Assembly (NCBI GenBank): GCA_046160245.1
Contig: JBJXGU010000267.1
Coordinates: forward strand, 1 to 46,495
Length of the DNA: 46,495 nucleotides
Source: Bacteroidia bacterium
GTDB taxonomy: Bacteria; Bacteroidota; Bacteroidia; AKYH767-A; OLB10
Direction: 5' to 3'
The notes under the pieces are model-generated. The model saw only the letters and a program-made list of their open reading frames with translations. It was not told the DNA's origin and made no database searches. Shown piece by piece: positions 32,451 through 43,639 of this stretch. Made by a program: the position numbers and the translations under genes. Within the stretch, counting starts at the first letter, position 1. Every line of letters starts with the position of its first letter.

Positions 32451-32951
32451 TTATTTTGTAGTTAACTTTTTAATTTCTTCGTACATCTTTTCGTCGTCAC
32501 CTGGAGAGTATGTATTTCTTTGCATCACAATCTTTCCTGATCCATCAATTAAAAAGGTGTGCGGTACATTATTTACGTTCATTGCTCTTCTAAAATCAGA
32601 ATTAGGATCTAATAAAACATCAAACTCCCAACCTTTACCAGCGACAAATGGTGCTACCGAACTCATCGTTCTAGAATCATCAATGGAAATAGCATAAATT
32701 TTAACGCCAGTTTCTTTCTGCCAATCAACATACGACTCATTCATGTCTTTCAATGATGCGATGCAAGGCTTGCACCAAGTAGCCCAAAAATCAATGATGA
32801 TAGGCTTGCCATCATTTTTAATTTCCGCAGTATTGAAGGGTTTGCCATCAATATCTTTAATCGTAACCGCAGCAATATCTGTTTTGTTTTCTTGAGCAAT
32901 GCTGAAATTGAATATAAAAAGGGAAGCGACAACAAGCCATAAATTTTTCAT
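32451..32951 (-). CDS. TlpA-family thiol:disulfide oxidoreductase (periplasmic thioredoxin-like)
   Basis: 166 aa with a signal peptide, IIIDFWATWCKPC and the downstream VPHTFLIDGSGKIV motif. Confidence 0.88.
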   Translation of the reverse strand: MKNLWLVVASLFIFNFSIAQENKTDIAAVTIKDIDGKPFNTAEIKNDGKPIIIDFWATWCKPCIASLKDMNESYVDWQKETGVKIYAISIDDSRTMSSVAPFVAGKGWEFDVLLDPNSDFRRAMNVNNVPHTFLIDGSGKIVMQRNTYSPGDDEKMYEEIKKLTTK

Positions 32952-33068
32952 TCTGTATTTTTTAGATTTTTAGAATATCAAAAGTACAAAATTATTGAGG
33001 GGAAAAAAACAAAATTTTTTAGGCTTCATGGAAGCGTCACTAAAGATTGGGTAGTAGGGGTGCGCAAA

Positions 33069-33099
33069 TAAAAAAGGGAACCGACAGTGCCGATTCCCT
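33069..33099 (-). terminator. Candidate terminator after the 618-aa T9SS gene
   Basis: agggaa / ttccct stem (33075-33080 / 33094-33099) followed by a T-run on the minus strand. Confidence 0.45.
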
Positions 33100-33121
33100 A
33101 GAGTTGATTGATTAGATATTT

Positions 33122-34978
33122 TTACTTGTTTAAGATAACTTTCTTAATGATTCTTTGTGAATCAGCATCAATTTGAATGAAGTAAGTCCCGTCTTGTAAA
33201 CCGTTCATTACAACTTTATGTTGATTGCTCTTTGCAGTAGTGTAAGTCTCAATGGTCTTTCCTGTAACATCGTTAATAGAAATACGAACCATATTATCTT
33301 TTACTGTGCTAAGATTCAAGAATACATCACCTGTGGTAGGGATTGGGAATAAACTGATTTGCTCATGTGTATTCTCATTAACACCCACGGCAACTGATAA
33401 ATTTACATCATCTATGTAAAGATTGTTTCCGTATCCAGAAGTAGCTTTGAATTTAACTAATACTTCAGGTTGTCCAACATACGCGTTAAGGCTGAAAGAT
33501 TCAGTGCGCCATTGTGTAGTACTTCCAGAAACTGGAGTGAAGACTGTAGTAAGGTTTCCGGCTGTTAAAAGTGCAGGGTCAGCCTGTGACCATTCTGTCG
33601 TCCAAGTTGCTCCGCAATCAGAAGAAACCATTATTTCAAGTAAATCACTAGCGCCTAGGTAACCAGCTTTTGCTAAAGAGAATGAAAAATTAGGAGCAAC
33701 CGCAGTGCTTAAATCAAATTTTGGAGTTAATAAATCATCAACATCATTTGCAGGACTCAACCAGAAATCCATTTTAGAAGAGCCGTTGTTCGCAGTAGTT
33801 CCTACAGCATTTCTTGCCCAAGTTGCAGCAGCTCCACCGTTAATTCTTAACCAGTTGGTTGGAGGGAATGTTGCAGCAACGAATCCTTCCACAACAGGAG
33901 CAGCTACACCCGTTGTGTTATTGTAGATAAGATTAGCGGAATAGGCATTGTTGATAGCTACGTAATCAGCAGCTCCATTCACACTTGTAAGATTACAAGT
34001 TAATGCGTTGGCTCCTGCATTGAGCGTAACAATAGGAAGAGCAACCGTGGTAGAGGCACCGCTTGCTAATGAACCAGTCCAAGTAAAGTTATTTGCGTTC
34101 CCGGCAATCGTGTAAGTAAAATCAGCAGTCGTAATGGTTGTTGCTCCTTTGTTTACTAATTCAACAGATGGAGAATAACTATTTACACATGTAAGTACGT
34201 TAGTACCACATTCAAAAATAGAACCATCAACAGGTAATGTTACCGGGTTGCTAATACCGGTTTGTAATACTTCTTTACCAGTGTTGTTTTGAATGAAGGC
34301 TACAATAGCTAATTCGTTTTTGTTATAAATGTAAGTAGGAACTGCGGTGGTGAATTGGAAGTTTTGTGTTTGACCTACTGTCCATGCTGCTGTGAGGGTA
34401 GTTCCTGTTGCTGATGGAAGCATCTTACGCATTATAGAATAAAATTCTTTTTCACCATTTGAACCTGGCGCAACGCAAAACTTAACCTCTTTTTCTACTA
34501 AAGCCGTTTGTAGAACTAAAGCACCGCCAGCAGCTTGTGTGCAAGTAATATCAACATTAATTGTGATGGAGTCGAAAGTTGCATTGTAAGCATGTGTTAC
34601 CACAACATCAAATGGTGAAGTGGTAGCATACCGATTGTCAATAGCAGATTGGTTTAATGCGCTTGGAGCTCCAGTAACTACTATACCATCAAATCGAATA
34701 TTGGGAACTCCACTTACAGTATAATAAGATACACGTGGCCCAACCCAAGTTTGAGTTTGAGTATTCATTGGATCAACACCTGGCCAGTTGGTTTGATATT
34801 TAATAGAAACGGTTTTAGATTCATTGCCTGAAAGCAATGTATTCAAAGCAGGATTTTGAACAGCACAAGGCCCACAAGATGCTTGTGTGAATTCTTCTAA
34901 TAATGTTAAACGTTGCGATTGTGCATTTAGTGCGGCGCCCACCAACATTGCGAGCGCAAGAGTGTAAAGTTTTTTCAT
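33122..34978 (-). CDS. T9SS-sorted surface protein with an N-terminal Omp28-like CxxC thioredoxin-fold domain
   Basis: 618 aa with a signal peptide and LLEEFTQASCGPCAVQNP. The middle is Ig-like and anchor-type. The T9SS C-terminal domain reads ISLFPIPTTGDVFLNL...GTYFIQIDADSQRIIKKVILNK. Confidence 0.8.
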   Translation of the reverse strand: MKKLYTLALAMLVGAALNAQSQRLTLLEEFTQASCGPCAVQNPALNTLLSGNESKTVSIKYQTNWPGVDPMNTQTQTWVGPRVSYYTVSGVPNIRFDGIVVTGAPSALNQSAIDNRYATTSPFDVVVTHAYNATFDSITINVDITCTQAAGGALVLQTALVEKEVKFCVAPGSNGEKEFYSIMRKMLPSATGTTLTAAWTVGQTQNFQFTTAVPTYIYNKNELAIVAFIQNNTGKEVLQTGISNPVTLPVDGSIFECGTNVLTCVNSYSPSVELVNKGATTITTADFTYTIAGNANNFTWTGSLASGASTTVALPIVTLNAGANALTCNLTSVNGAADYVAINNAYSANLIYNNTTGVAAPVVEGFVAATFPPTNWLRINGGAAATWARNAVGTTANNGSSKMDFWLSPANDVDDLLTPKFDLSTAVAPNFSFSLAKAGYLGASDLLEIMVSSDCGATWTTEWSQADPALLTAGNLTTVFTPVSGSTTQWRTESFSLNAYVGQPEVLVKFKATSGYGNNLYIDDVNLSVAVGVNENTHEQISLFPIPTTGDVFLNLSTVKDNMVRISINDVTGKTIETYTTAKSNQHKVVMNGLQDGTYFIQIDADSQRIIKKVILNK

Positions 34979-35119
34979 TGTTCGGTTTTAATATGTTTTA
35001 GTTAATTTTGAGAATTAATTTTAATTAATGAATAAAAGTAAGGAATTAATCATTGAATCAATGCTTTTTACAAGAAGCACTAAGAATAATGACAATTCTT
35101 ATAATAATAGTACAATATT

Positions 35120-36559
35120 ATGAAAAAGATTGAATTCAAAAACCATATCCTAGGCTTTCTATTGTTTTTTTTGCTGATGAGCTATCATTCTGCATTTTCA
35201 CAAGTTCCTTTTTTTGAAAAATCGTTTGGACAAACGGGAGTAGATATCGCTTTTGCCGTTAAACAAAATCCCGACAGTAATGTTTATCTATTTGGTTATT
35301 CAACTAATACAAGTACTCAAGCCGAAGATTTAGCACTTTCTAAGTTAAGCCCTCATGGTGACTTCCTCTGGACGAAGTATTACGGTACTCCCGATGTAGA
35401 TTTTGGTCTTTATATGAATTTGGCTGATTCTTTTGATCTGATTTTAGTTGGATTGACCGCTACATTAGGTCCGTTAGAACAGGAAATTTTGGTACTTAAA
35501 GTGGATAGTGCTGGGCAAGAATTGTGGAGAAAAAATTACGGCGGACCCGGAAATCAAAGTTGTAGATATGTGGAGAAAACAAGCGATGGCATGTACATTC
35601 TGTGTGGTTCAACTACGGATGCTTCAGGTACAAATGATGTGTATGTTTTGAAATTGGATGCTAACGGCGACAAGGTTTGGGATACCGCTTATGCCGCCGT
35701 GGATAATGACTATGGAATGAAAATTATTGAATCGGGAAACCTAAATTATGTATTATCATCCGATACAAGGAGTGTCGGAAATGGAGGGTATGATGTTCAG
35801 CTTTTGGGATTGAATAATTCGGGTGCTTTGAATTTTTCAAACGCTCATGGCGATGTGTATCAGAATGGATGTCAGGGAATCATGCAAACAAGTTCAGGAG
35901 TGAATGTAGTGTATGGAGAAACAGAAATTGCAACCTTTTCACCTTTCGATTTCTCCTATTATATGTTTGATGAGATGGGCGGTTTTTTACGAGAGAAGGT
36001 TTTTGGTGGAGTAGGTACGGATGCCCTTTTTGATGTGGTTGAAACACCCAATGGCGATTTAATGGGTTGTGGTTATTCGAATAGTTTATCGAACGGAACC
36101 CAGCCGCTGAATTTAGCCGTGGTGCGCACCGATTCTCTAGGAAATTTAGTGTTTGTTAAAGAGTTTGGAGGCAATGGAATTGATATTGGATACAGCCTGA
36201 CTCCTGCATTAGGTGGTGGTTATTATGTAGCTGGTCGTCGAACAAATGCAGACGAAGATTTTTACTTACTGCATATCGATGATGCTGGACTTACTTCACT
36301 GCCTGAAAGTGGTGGTTTTCCTGAAGATGAAGTGGTCGTGCTTCCAAACCCTACGCGTGGACAGTTTTCTGTGAAAACTAATTTTTTGGTGAAATCATGG
36401 AATTTGTTTGATGTTGCTGGTCAATTGATCTTTCATCAAGATGGTGGTAATAATAATTTTAAATCATTTGATATCAGCTCATTGAGTGATGGATTTTACT
36501 TTTTAAATGCTCAAGGAGAAGAAAAACAGAAAACAGTTAAATTGTATATGATGAACTGA
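35120..36559 (+). CDS. T9SS-sorted repeat (beta-propeller-like) protein
   Basis: 479 aa with a signal peptide and ~50-aa repeats of the form G..G.D.g...DG.y...G.T....D..vlKLd..G...W. The C-terminal domain reads VVVLPNPTRGQFSV...GFYFLNAQGEEKQKTVKLYMMN. Confidence 0.8.
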   Translation: MKKIEFKNHILGFLLFFLLMSYHSAFSQVPFFEKSFGQTGVDIAFAVKQNPDSNVYLFGYSTNTSTQAEDLALSKLSPHGDFLWTKYYGTPDVDFGLYMNLADSFDLILVGLTATLGPLEQEILVLKVDSAGQELWRKNYGGPGNQSCRYVEKTSDGMYILCGSTTDASGTNDVYVLKLDANGDKVWDTAYAAVDNDYGMKIIESGNLNYVLSSDTRSVGNGGYDVQLLGLNNSGALNFSNAHGDVYQNGCQGIMQTSSGVNVVYGETEIATFSPFDFSYYMFDEMGGFLREKVFGGVGTDALFDVVETPNGDLMGCGYSNSLSNGTQPLNLAVVRTDSLGNLVFVKEFGGNGIDIGYSLTPALGGGYYVAGRRTNADEDFYLLHIDDAGLTSLPESGGFPEDEVVVLPNPTRGQFSVKTNFLVKSWNLFDVAGQLIFHQDGGNNNFKSFDISSLSDGFYFLNAQGEEKQKTVKLYMMN

Positions 36560-36649
36560 TTTGCAACCAAATTGTCAGAATTTAAGGTAGGTATTGCTAT
36601 GTATTAAGAAGATTTTATTATCTTTAACCCTCCAAAGCAAATAATATAA

Positions 36650-37378
36650 ATGCGTATGAAAAAATTTACTCTTGTCTTATTATCAGCATTCGTGTTGGGA
36701 AGTTTAAGTAGTGCTGTTGCACAAACTTTTACTTTAAGTAACATCACTCCAGTTTCAGTTAGTTCTGATCCTTGGATTCCAGTTGAATCTCATGTAGCTA
36801 TTTCCAATACTTCCAACTCTCTTAAGAGAGTACGTATTGAAAGAATTATTAATTACATCCAGTCTGGGCAATTTGAATTTTTCTGCTATGGTGCAACTAC
36901 GGGGTTATGTTACCCTCCAGGAACTGTAATGTCAAATGGTCTCGATACCATTTTGGGGAACTCAATCGATAATTCATTTAAAGCAGTTGTAAACCCTACA
37001 GGAGTTTATGGACCTGCATCCATTCACTATCGTATTTTTGATACAGATAATATTTCTGATTCTATCGGTGTAGATTTAGCTTGGGATATTACTACTTCAC
37101 TAGGTGAAAATGATGAGGCATTTGGTTTGTCAAAGCCATTGCAAAATCCTGCTGATGCATTTACTGTATTTAATTACAACTTGAAATCAACAGACAATTC
37201 TGATCGATTAATTGTATTTAATATGTTAGGAACTAAAATGAAAACAATGGATATCCCAGGGAAATCTGGAGCCTTGGTTTTAACTACATCTGATTTGAAG
37301 CCAGGTATGTATTTGGTTTCGTACATTTCAAACGGAAAAGTAAAAGATACAAGTCGTTTAGTGGTGAATCACCGTTAA
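36650..37378 (+). CDS. Small T9SS-sorted protein
   Basis: 242 aa with a signal peptide (AVAQ). The C-terminal domain reads FTVFNYNLK...LIVFNMLGTKMKTMDI...GMYLVSYISNGKVKDTSRLVVNHR. Confidence 0.75.
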   Translation: MRMKKFTLVLLSAFVLGSLSSAVAQTFTLSNITPVSVSSDPWIPVESHVAISNTSNSLKRVRIERIINYIQSGQFEFFCYGATTGLCYPPGTVMSNGLDTILGNSIDNSFKAVVNPTGVYGPASIHYRIFDTDNISDSIGVDLAWDITTSLGENDEAFGLSKPLQNPADAFTVFNYNLKSTDNSDRLIVFNMLGTKMKTMDIPGKSGALVLTTSDLKPGMYLVSYISNGKVKDTSRLVVNHR

Positions 37379-37401
37379 TCACTTGAAATAATTGATTGGA
37401 A

Positions 37402-37430
37402 GAGGGACGTTTGTCCCTTTTCTATTTTAT
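37402..37430 (+). terminator. Rho-independent terminator
   Basis: agggac gttt gtccct followed by tttctatttt, 24 nt after the stop codon of 36650-37378. Confidence 0.7.
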
Positions 37431-37540
37431 AGGAATTTTTATTTATTGATTTTAGATAGTGTACAAGGATTGAAGTTTTGTGAATCGTAATTAATGCGAT
37501 CAACATAATTTCAGAGAGTTTAAATCGTTAAAATAAAGCA

Positions 37541-39850
37541 ATGAAACAAGAAGCATTAGATTATCATTCGTCAGGTCGACCAGGGAAAATAGAAGTCATT
37601 CCAAGTAAACCATACAGCACTCAACGCGATTTAGCATTAGCCTATTCACCCGGGGTTGCAGAACCTTGTTTGGAGATTGAAAAGAATCCAGAAGACGTTT
37701 ATAAATACACAGCAAAAGGAAATTTAGTAGCGGTAATTTCGAATGGAACCGCCGTCTTAGGTCTTGGAAATATTGGACCCGAAGCGTCGAAACCCGTAAT
37801 GGAAGGTAAAGGTTTACTCTTCAAAATTTTTGCTGATATTGATGTGTTCGACATTGAAATCGATCAAACGAATGTAGATGATTTTGTAAAAACAGTAAAA
37901 GCGATTTCGCCCACTTTTGGCGGAATCAATTTAGAAGATATTAAAGCGCCTGAGTGTTTTGAAATTGAACGCCGACTAAAAGAGGAATTGAAAATTCCAG
38001 TGATGCATGATGATCAGCATGGAACGGCTATCATTTCGGGAGCTGCATTAATTAACGCACTTGAAATTTCAGGAAAGAAAATTGAAGAAGTCCAAATCGT
38101 AGTGAACGGTGCCGGAGCTTCTGCTATTTCTTGTACTTCCTTATTTGTTTCTTTAGGTGCTAAGCTTGAAAATATTATTATGCTCGACAGCACGGGTGTG
38201 ATTCGTCACGACCGTGAAAATTTAGATGTACATAAAATTCGTTTTGCCACACATCGGAATATTAATACCCTTGAGGAGGCGTTTGTAAATGCAGATGTGT
38301 TTATTGGTTTGTCAAAAGGAAATATCATCAATGGAGATCATCTAAGAAGTATGGCTGCCGATCCCATCGTTTTTGCAATGGCGAATCCGGATCCGGAAAT
38401 CATGTACGACGATGCCATTGCTGCACGTCCTGATATTATTATGGCCACAGGTCGCAGCGATTATCCTAACCAAGTGAATAATGTAATCGGCTTCCCTTTC
38501 ATCTTCAGAGGTGCTTTAGATGTGCGAGCTACACAAATTAACGAAGCGATGAAGTTGGCGGCTGTGCACGCTATTGCACAATTAGCAAAGGAACCCGTTC
38601 CCGAATTGGTGAACTTAGCCTACAACAAAAAGAATATTACATTCGGAAAAGATTATATCATTCCTAAGCCTTTAGATCCTCGTTTAATTCATATTGTTGC
38701 TCCTGCAGTTGCTCGAGCGGCTATTGAATCGGGTGTAGCGCAAAAGCCCATCACCGATTGGGAAAAGTATGAGAACGATTTGAAGAAACGATTAGGTCTC
38801 GACAATAAATTGATTCGTGTTATTACCAACAAGGCGAAGCAGAATCCTAAGCGTGTTGTTTTTGCAGATGCGGATACATACAAAATTTTAAAAACGGCTC
38901 AAATTGTAAAAGAGGAAGGCATCGCTCAGCCCATCTTATTGGGAAATAAAAAGAAAATTCAAGCGCTTATCGACGAGCATCAATTGCGTTTAGACGATAT
39001 TCAAGTCATTGATCCGCGTGAAGAGAGTGCTACATTAGAAGAGTTTGGTAAATTGTTTTTTGAGAAAAGAATGCGTCGTGGTTTTACGATGTACGAAGCG
39101 AAGAAGATGATGCAAGAGCGCAATTACTATGGCGCGATGATGGTAGAGACCGGACAAGCTGATGCACTCATTTCAGGATTAACTCGTAATTATGTAGATA
39201 CAATCAAACCTGCTTTGCGTATCATAGGTACCGAAGCAAACGTTGGAAAAGTAGCAGGTATGTACATTTTAATTACCAAAGACGGACCTATTTTCTTTGC
39301 GGATACTACCATCAATATTGAGCCTACTACAGAAGATATTGTTGAAATTACATTACTAACGGCGAAGGCTGTACGACAATTTAATATTCAACCTCGAATA
39401 GCTTTATTGTCTTATTCTAACTTCGGATCGTCAAATACTGAAAGCGCTTTGAAAATGCGTCGCGCAGTTGAAATTTTACATGCTAAGTATCCCGATTTAT
39501 TGGTCGATGGAGAAATTCAGGCAAACATTGCTTTCAATCCACAGATGTTAAAGGATAATTATCCTTTTAGTGATTTAGCGGAGCAAGGTGCCAACACACT
39601 TATTTTCCCAAGTCTGGATGCCGGTAATATTGCTTATAAATTAATGCAAACCCGTGGCGGCGCAGAAGCCATCGGACCGATCATTCTCGGATTGAAAAAG
39701 CCCGTTCATATTCTTCAACTCGGTTCCTCTGTGCGTGAAATTGTAAACATGGTAACCATTGCGGTGGTGGATGCACAATCGAGAGAAGCTGAACAAAAAA
39801 CCGGAATCAAATCGGATGCTAAAACCGATATTCGAACTGCGAAAACGTAA
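37541..39850 (+). CDS. maeB: NADP-dependent malic enzyme (malic enzyme domain plus C-terminal phosphotransacetylase-like domain)
   Basis: 769 aa with [37 protein letters not shown] and a PTA-like C-terminal half (ISGLTRNY..., [11 protein letters not shown]). Confidence 0.93.
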   Translation: MKQEALDYHSSGRPGKIEVIPSKPYSTQRDLALAYSPGVAEPCLEIEKNPEDVYKYTAKGNLVAVISNGTAVLGLGNIGPEASKPVMEGKGLLFKIFADIDVFDIEIDQTNVDDFVKTVKAISPTFGGINLEDIKAPECFEIERRLKEELKIPVMHDDQHGTAIISGAALINALEISGKKIEEVQIVVNGAGASAISCTSLFVSLGAKLENIIMLDSTGVIRHDRENLDVHKIRFATHRNINTLEEAFVNADVFIGLSKGNIINGDHLRSMAADPIVFAMANPDPEIMYDDAIAARPDIIMATGRSDYPNQVNNVIGFPFIFRGALDVRATQINEAMKLAAVHAIAQLAKEPVPELVNLAYNKKNITFGKDYIIPKPLDPRLIHIVAPAVARAAIESGVAQKPITDWEKYENDLKKRLGLDNKLIRVITNKAKQNPKRVVFADADTYKILKTAQIVKEEGIAQPILLGNKKKIQALIDEHQLRLDDIQVIDPREESATLEEFGKLFFEKRMRRGFTMYEAKKMMQERNYYGAMMVETGQADALISGLTRNYVDTIKPALRIIGTEANVGKVAGMYILITKDGPIFFADTTINIEPTTEDIVEITLLTAKAVRQFNIQPRIALLSYSNFGSSNTESALKMRRAVEILHAKYPDLLVDGEIQANIAFNPQMLKDNYPFSDLAEQGANTLIFPSLDAGNIAYKLMQTRGGAEAIGPIILGLKKPVHILQLGSSVREIVNMVTIAVVDAQSREAEQKTGIKSDAKTDIRTAKT

Positions 39851-39879
39851 TAAGTAAACTTGGTTTTTTATGAACTTAT

Positions 39880-40461
39880 ATGATAAAAGGAATTATTGTT
39901 TTCTTTCTTTTTCTACTAGCTGTTCCTGCAAAAGCAAGTTCAAATTTCAAGGCTGATACTATTTCCCAAGATTCGGTTGTCGTATCAAAAAAATTGGGAA
40001 TTGGAATACATCTGAGCTATCATTATAATTTTCCGGTGTTGCATACAACACCTGCCTTAGTGTTCACCATCAAGAACAATGCGTTTATAGCGGGGCCCTG
40101 TTTGACTAGAATAAAATCAAACGCAATTGTCTATGCCGTAGCAACTATTGAACAGGAAAGTAATGGTGCTATGCTCGGATATATGTATACATTCGATCAG
40201 GTGAAAGGGCTCATCGTTCCCTTTTTTCAAACCTTCTTTTATGGGTATGAAGCATACACGTTGGAGTACTCGCATATGTATAAGGCAACGCACACACGAC
40301 TAGTGATTGAAAACACTGCAGGTTTTGGTGCCAAAATAAAGGGGCATAAAAATTTCGAAATTCAATTTGGCGCGGGAATCGGTTCAACGAATGGATTTTT
40401 CTTAATCATCGACCAATTTGTCCCCCATGCTTTTGTAGGTTTACAATACCGATTTAGATGA
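39880..40461 (+). CDS. Hypothetical secreted protein, possibly an outer-membrane beta-barrel
   Basis: 193 aa with a signal peptide (PAKASS). It is rich in Gly and aromatic residues and ends ...FVGLQYRFR. Confidence 0.5.
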   Translation: MIKGIIVFFLFLLAVPAKASSNFKADTISQDSVVVSKKLGIGIHLSYHYNFPVLHTTPALVFTIKNNAFIAGPCLTRIKSNAIVYAVATIEQESNGAMLGYMYTFDQVKGLIVPFFQTFFYGYEAYTLEYSHMYKATHTRLVIENTAGFGAKIKGHKNFEIQFGAGIGSTNGFFLIIDQFVPHAFVGLQYRFR

Positions 40462-40639
40462 GTGCTATGTTTGCATCCAAAGTCCATTTGATTGTTTTGT
40501 GGGATTATAAAATTTATTATATTTGAATATGAAACTACTGAAATATTTTATCGGATGTTTGACAACCTGTGGTTGTGCAATTGATAATTTATTGCGGATA
40601 TAAGTGAGTTATGTTTAAATCACAAAGACCCTTATTAAC

Positions 40640-41176
40640 ATGAAACAACAATTCTTATTTTATTTACTATTACTGTCAAGCCATTTCTGTTTTGCACAGG
40701 CGTACAAGACAGAACCTGTTGAATGGTTAACTCCTAAAATCTATAAAGCCAAGAGTTTTACATTTAAATCTGATTCTGTTTTATTTAAAGCTAAGAATTG
40801 TAAAATATTCGAAATTCATACCAATTCAGGAGTTACAGGTTATTATTTGGAAGGTGATGCCGTTATCAACATTGAGACAAAGCAGTTGAATGAAAAATGT
40901 ACTGCTGCTATGTTTCGTTTTAATCCAATAGATAAAGATTCCTTAATAACTTTTGAAAACCAAAAAGAAACCCATGATGATAAGTACTTTAATTCCACAC
41001 TAAATATTTTAAAATCAACTTTTAGACATTGCTATCACGCAGGTATGGATGCAATCATTCCTGATCAACATGATTATGCAGTCGATTTTTTTAGTCCTAA
41101 ACTTGGTGAAGTTCTCGTAAGTCATGATAAAAAGGAGATTTTTTATTACAATTTTACCCTTAGAACTAAGATGTAA
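40640..41176 (+). CDS. Hypothetical secreted protein
   Basis: 178 aa with a signal peptide (FCFAQA). I recognise no family. Confidence 0.5.
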   Translation: MKQQFLFYLLLLSSHFCFAQAYKTEPVEWLTPKIYKAKSFTFKSDSVLFKAKNCKIFEIHTNSGVTGYYLEGDAVINIETKQLNEKCTAAMFRFNPIDKDSLITFENQKETHDDKYFNSTLNILKSTFRHCYHAGMDAIIPDQHDYAVDFFSPKLGEVLVSHDKKEIFYYNFTLRTKM

Positions 41177-41360
41177 TCTGCACAGAACAAGCGGTTGGCA
41201 AAAAAGTGGTTTCATTGGTAAAATAAACTATCTACTTCGTTTCAAATTCAATGCAAACATATAATTTAGTCTTTCCAAACCTGCAGGTCCGCTTCTTCGT
41301 CAACCGCCTAAACGTTGGCAACCATAATGCCGAACAGTAAATCAATCAAAAAAGTTGACA

Positions 41361-41954
41361 ATGAATCGACCACGACAACTCATTTTACTTCTATTTTTAC
41401 TGATCTGCGGACTGAGCGGTATGGCGCAGACGAACGTAGTTTCTGTTGACATGTTCGGACTTCTTCACGGACGAAAAGGCATATCCTATGAGAGGAGTTT
41501 TAAGAATAAATTTTCTGCAAGACTTTCGTATGAGAATCAACGATATTCTTATGGAGAGACCAATGGACAGACGGTGTATCAGGTACGCGGTGAAGGAGTA
41601 ATCCCGGAATTAAGATTCTATCCATTCTTCAACAAGAAGCCTGCTCCACTTGGGTTTTATTTCGGACCCTCGTTACGTTACATTCGCGTTACGGAGACGT
41701 ATTCGCCAACAAATATTAAATTAAGTGGGACTGTATTTAATTACACAATAATAAGTGGCTACAAATTTAATTTAGACAGGCTGGTTTTTGACTTATTGGC
41801 TGGCTATGGCTCCGGACTGGTGAGTGGACTTAATGGAAAAAAGCGTTCTAAGATTGATCCTTTTTATTCAGATGATACTATTGACGACTTGAAGGCAAAT
41901 TTTCGAATTGAGATATCAATGGGTTTTTACTTTCCAAAGCTGAAATCGGACTAA
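41361..41954 (+). CDS. Hypothetical outer-membrane beta-barrel-like protein
   Basis: The ORF is open from a TTG at 41355, but the ATG at 41361 gives MNRPRQLILLLFLLICGLSGMAQ. The sequence is strand-like and rich in aromatic residues and Gly. Confidence 0.55.
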   Translation: MNRPRQLILLLFLLICGLSGMAQTNVVSVDMFGLLHGRKGISYERSFKNKFSARLSYENQRYSYGETNGQTVYQVRGEGVIPELRFYPFFNKKPAPLGFYFGPSLRYIRVTETYSPTNIKLSGTVFNYTIISGYKFNLDRLVFDLLAGYGSGLVSGLNGKKRSKIDPFYSDDTIDDLKANFRIEISMGFYFPKLKSD

Positions 41955-42174
41955 GCATTATGTTTTCCAACATAGTGTATATGCCATTGCCTAGATTCGT
42001 TGTAGTTTGTAGCTTTGTTTTAAAAAGCGTTCGGTTACTTTGGACAGATTGTGCGGGTCGGCCTTAGCATTCCTATCTTCATTGCTTAATCCTCCAAGAT
42101 CTGGCAACGTCATATGCGCACACGCTATAGGTCATTGTAGGACGTCACTCAAATAAATAGACAATAAATAATGT

Positions 42175-42726
42175 ATGAAAAAAGTAATTGCAGCTTTCAA
42201 TATGACACTTGACGGAGTTTGCGACCATACCACAGGGATTGCTGACGAAGATCTACACAACCATTACGCTGAATTGATAGATAATGGAAGTGTTATATTA
42301 TATGGGCGGACAACCTACCAACTCATGCAATTTTGGCAAGAACTCTTGAAAAAACCTTCTGGTGAAAAAGCAATGGACGACTTTGCAATTTCAATAGACA
42401 AAATTCAAAAACTTATTTTTTCAAACACACTAAAAGACACGGGTTGGGACAGTGCAAAACTTGCAAAGAGACCTCTTGACGAAGAAATTTTAGAACTCAA
42501 ACAACATGTAGATAAAGACATTCTTGTTGGAAGTCGGAGTTTGATTATTCAACTTTTAAACAGTAATCTTATTGATGAACTACAAATTTGTATTCACCCT
42601 ATCATTGAAGGGAAGGGGCTGCTACTATTTGACCAAATCAAGAATAAGATTATGTTGAAACTCATCAAGACAAAATTGCTAAGCTCAGGTGCTACTGTAT
42701 TTTATTATGAACCGATACGAGAATAA
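42175..42726 (+). CDS. Dihydrofolate reductase family protein (RibD C-terminal domain type)
   Basis: 183 aa with MKKVIAAFNMTLDG...YGRTTYQLMQFW...LIDELQICIHPIIEGKGLLLF. Confidence 0.8.
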   Translation: MKKVIAAFNMTLDGVCDHTTGIADEDLHNHYAELIDNGSVILYGRTTYQLMQFWQELLKKPSGEKAMDDFAISIDKIQKLIFSNTLKDTGWDSAKLAKRPLDEEILELKQHVDKDILVGSRSLIIQLLNSNLIDELQICIHPIIEGKGLLLFDQIKNKIMLKLIKTKLLSSGATVFYYEPIRE

Positions 42727-42772
42727 AAACAACGAGCCGCTTATCAAATAACACACCATCATAATGTGACAA

Positions 42773-43639
42773 ATGACAGAAAATACAGAAAAAGAACATT
42801 TTGAAGAGCCGACAAGCAGTCATTCTGAAAATACATCAAACGAAATTCTAACTAAGAAAAATCCAGAAGGGATTAAGCCAAATCAAGAAACAGAAAATAT
42901 GGAAGTACATCATCATGCCCATCACAACGGAAAGAAAAATTGGAAGAGTTATTTCTGGGAATTTTTAATGCTATTCCTGGCTGTTTTTTGCGGGTTTTTA
43001 GCAGAGTACCAGTTAGAACATAAAATTGAAAGAGATAGGGAGGTGGTTTACCTAAAGAACCTATTTGAAGATTTAGAAGATGACGTATATCATTTTACTG
43101 AATACGATAGCATTTCTTTTCAGTATTTTTCCGTCATAGACTCTCTGATGATGCTGATGAAAAGTCCCGACAGAGATATGCATCTTAACAGAATTTACTA
43201 TTTGGAAAGAGCCGCTACAATGAACGTGAAAAATTTCCTTAGCTATAATGCGCGCACCTATGAACAAATGAAGCACTCCGGGCATTTGCGGTTATTAAGA
43301 AATCAACAAGTGGCTGATAGCATTTCAGCTTACTATTTTTCATTACAAGCGATTGACTTACAAAACAACATTATCAAAGACAGGATAACAGAATACATGC
43401 AGGGAGCAGGAAAAGTTTTTGATGCACAAATATTATTTCAAATCTTCAAAACCAAACAAGCGCCCAATATTGATTCATTAAAATTGATTACAAACAACGC
43501 ACAGGAAATAAATATGTTTCTGACAAATGCCCAATACTATTATGGGGCACGCAAACTACAACAAGAGGCTTGTAGTGAAAGAGCTAAACGCGCACAACGG
43601 ATATTGGAACTGATGAGAAAAGAATATAACTTTGAATAA
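42773..43639 (+). CDS. Hypothetical single-pass membrane protein
   Basis: 288 aa with a polar N-terminus containing HHHAHH, one transmembrane segment (FWEFLMLFLAVFCGFLAEY) and a helical C-terminal domain. Confidence 0.55.
   Translation: MTENTEKEHFEEPTSSHSENTSNEILTKKNPEGIKPNQETENMEVHHHAHHNGKKNWKSYFWEFLMLFLAVFCGFLAEYQLEHKIERDREVVYLKNLFEDLEDDVYHFTEYDSISFQYFSVIDSLMMLMKSPDRDMHLNRIYYLERAATMNVKNFLSYNARTYEQMKHSGHLRLLRNQQVADSISAYYFSLQAIDLQNNIIKDRITEYMQGAGKVFDAQILFQIFKTKQAPNIDSLKLITNNAQEINMFLTNAQYYYGARKLQQEACSERAKRAQRILELMRKEYNFE

Noticed and set aside
36573-36581. tgtcagaat downstream of 35120-36559, resembling the core of the IS-end 17-mer (tgtcagaac).
   Set aside because: Only about 9 nt match without indels, which is well within chance expectation.
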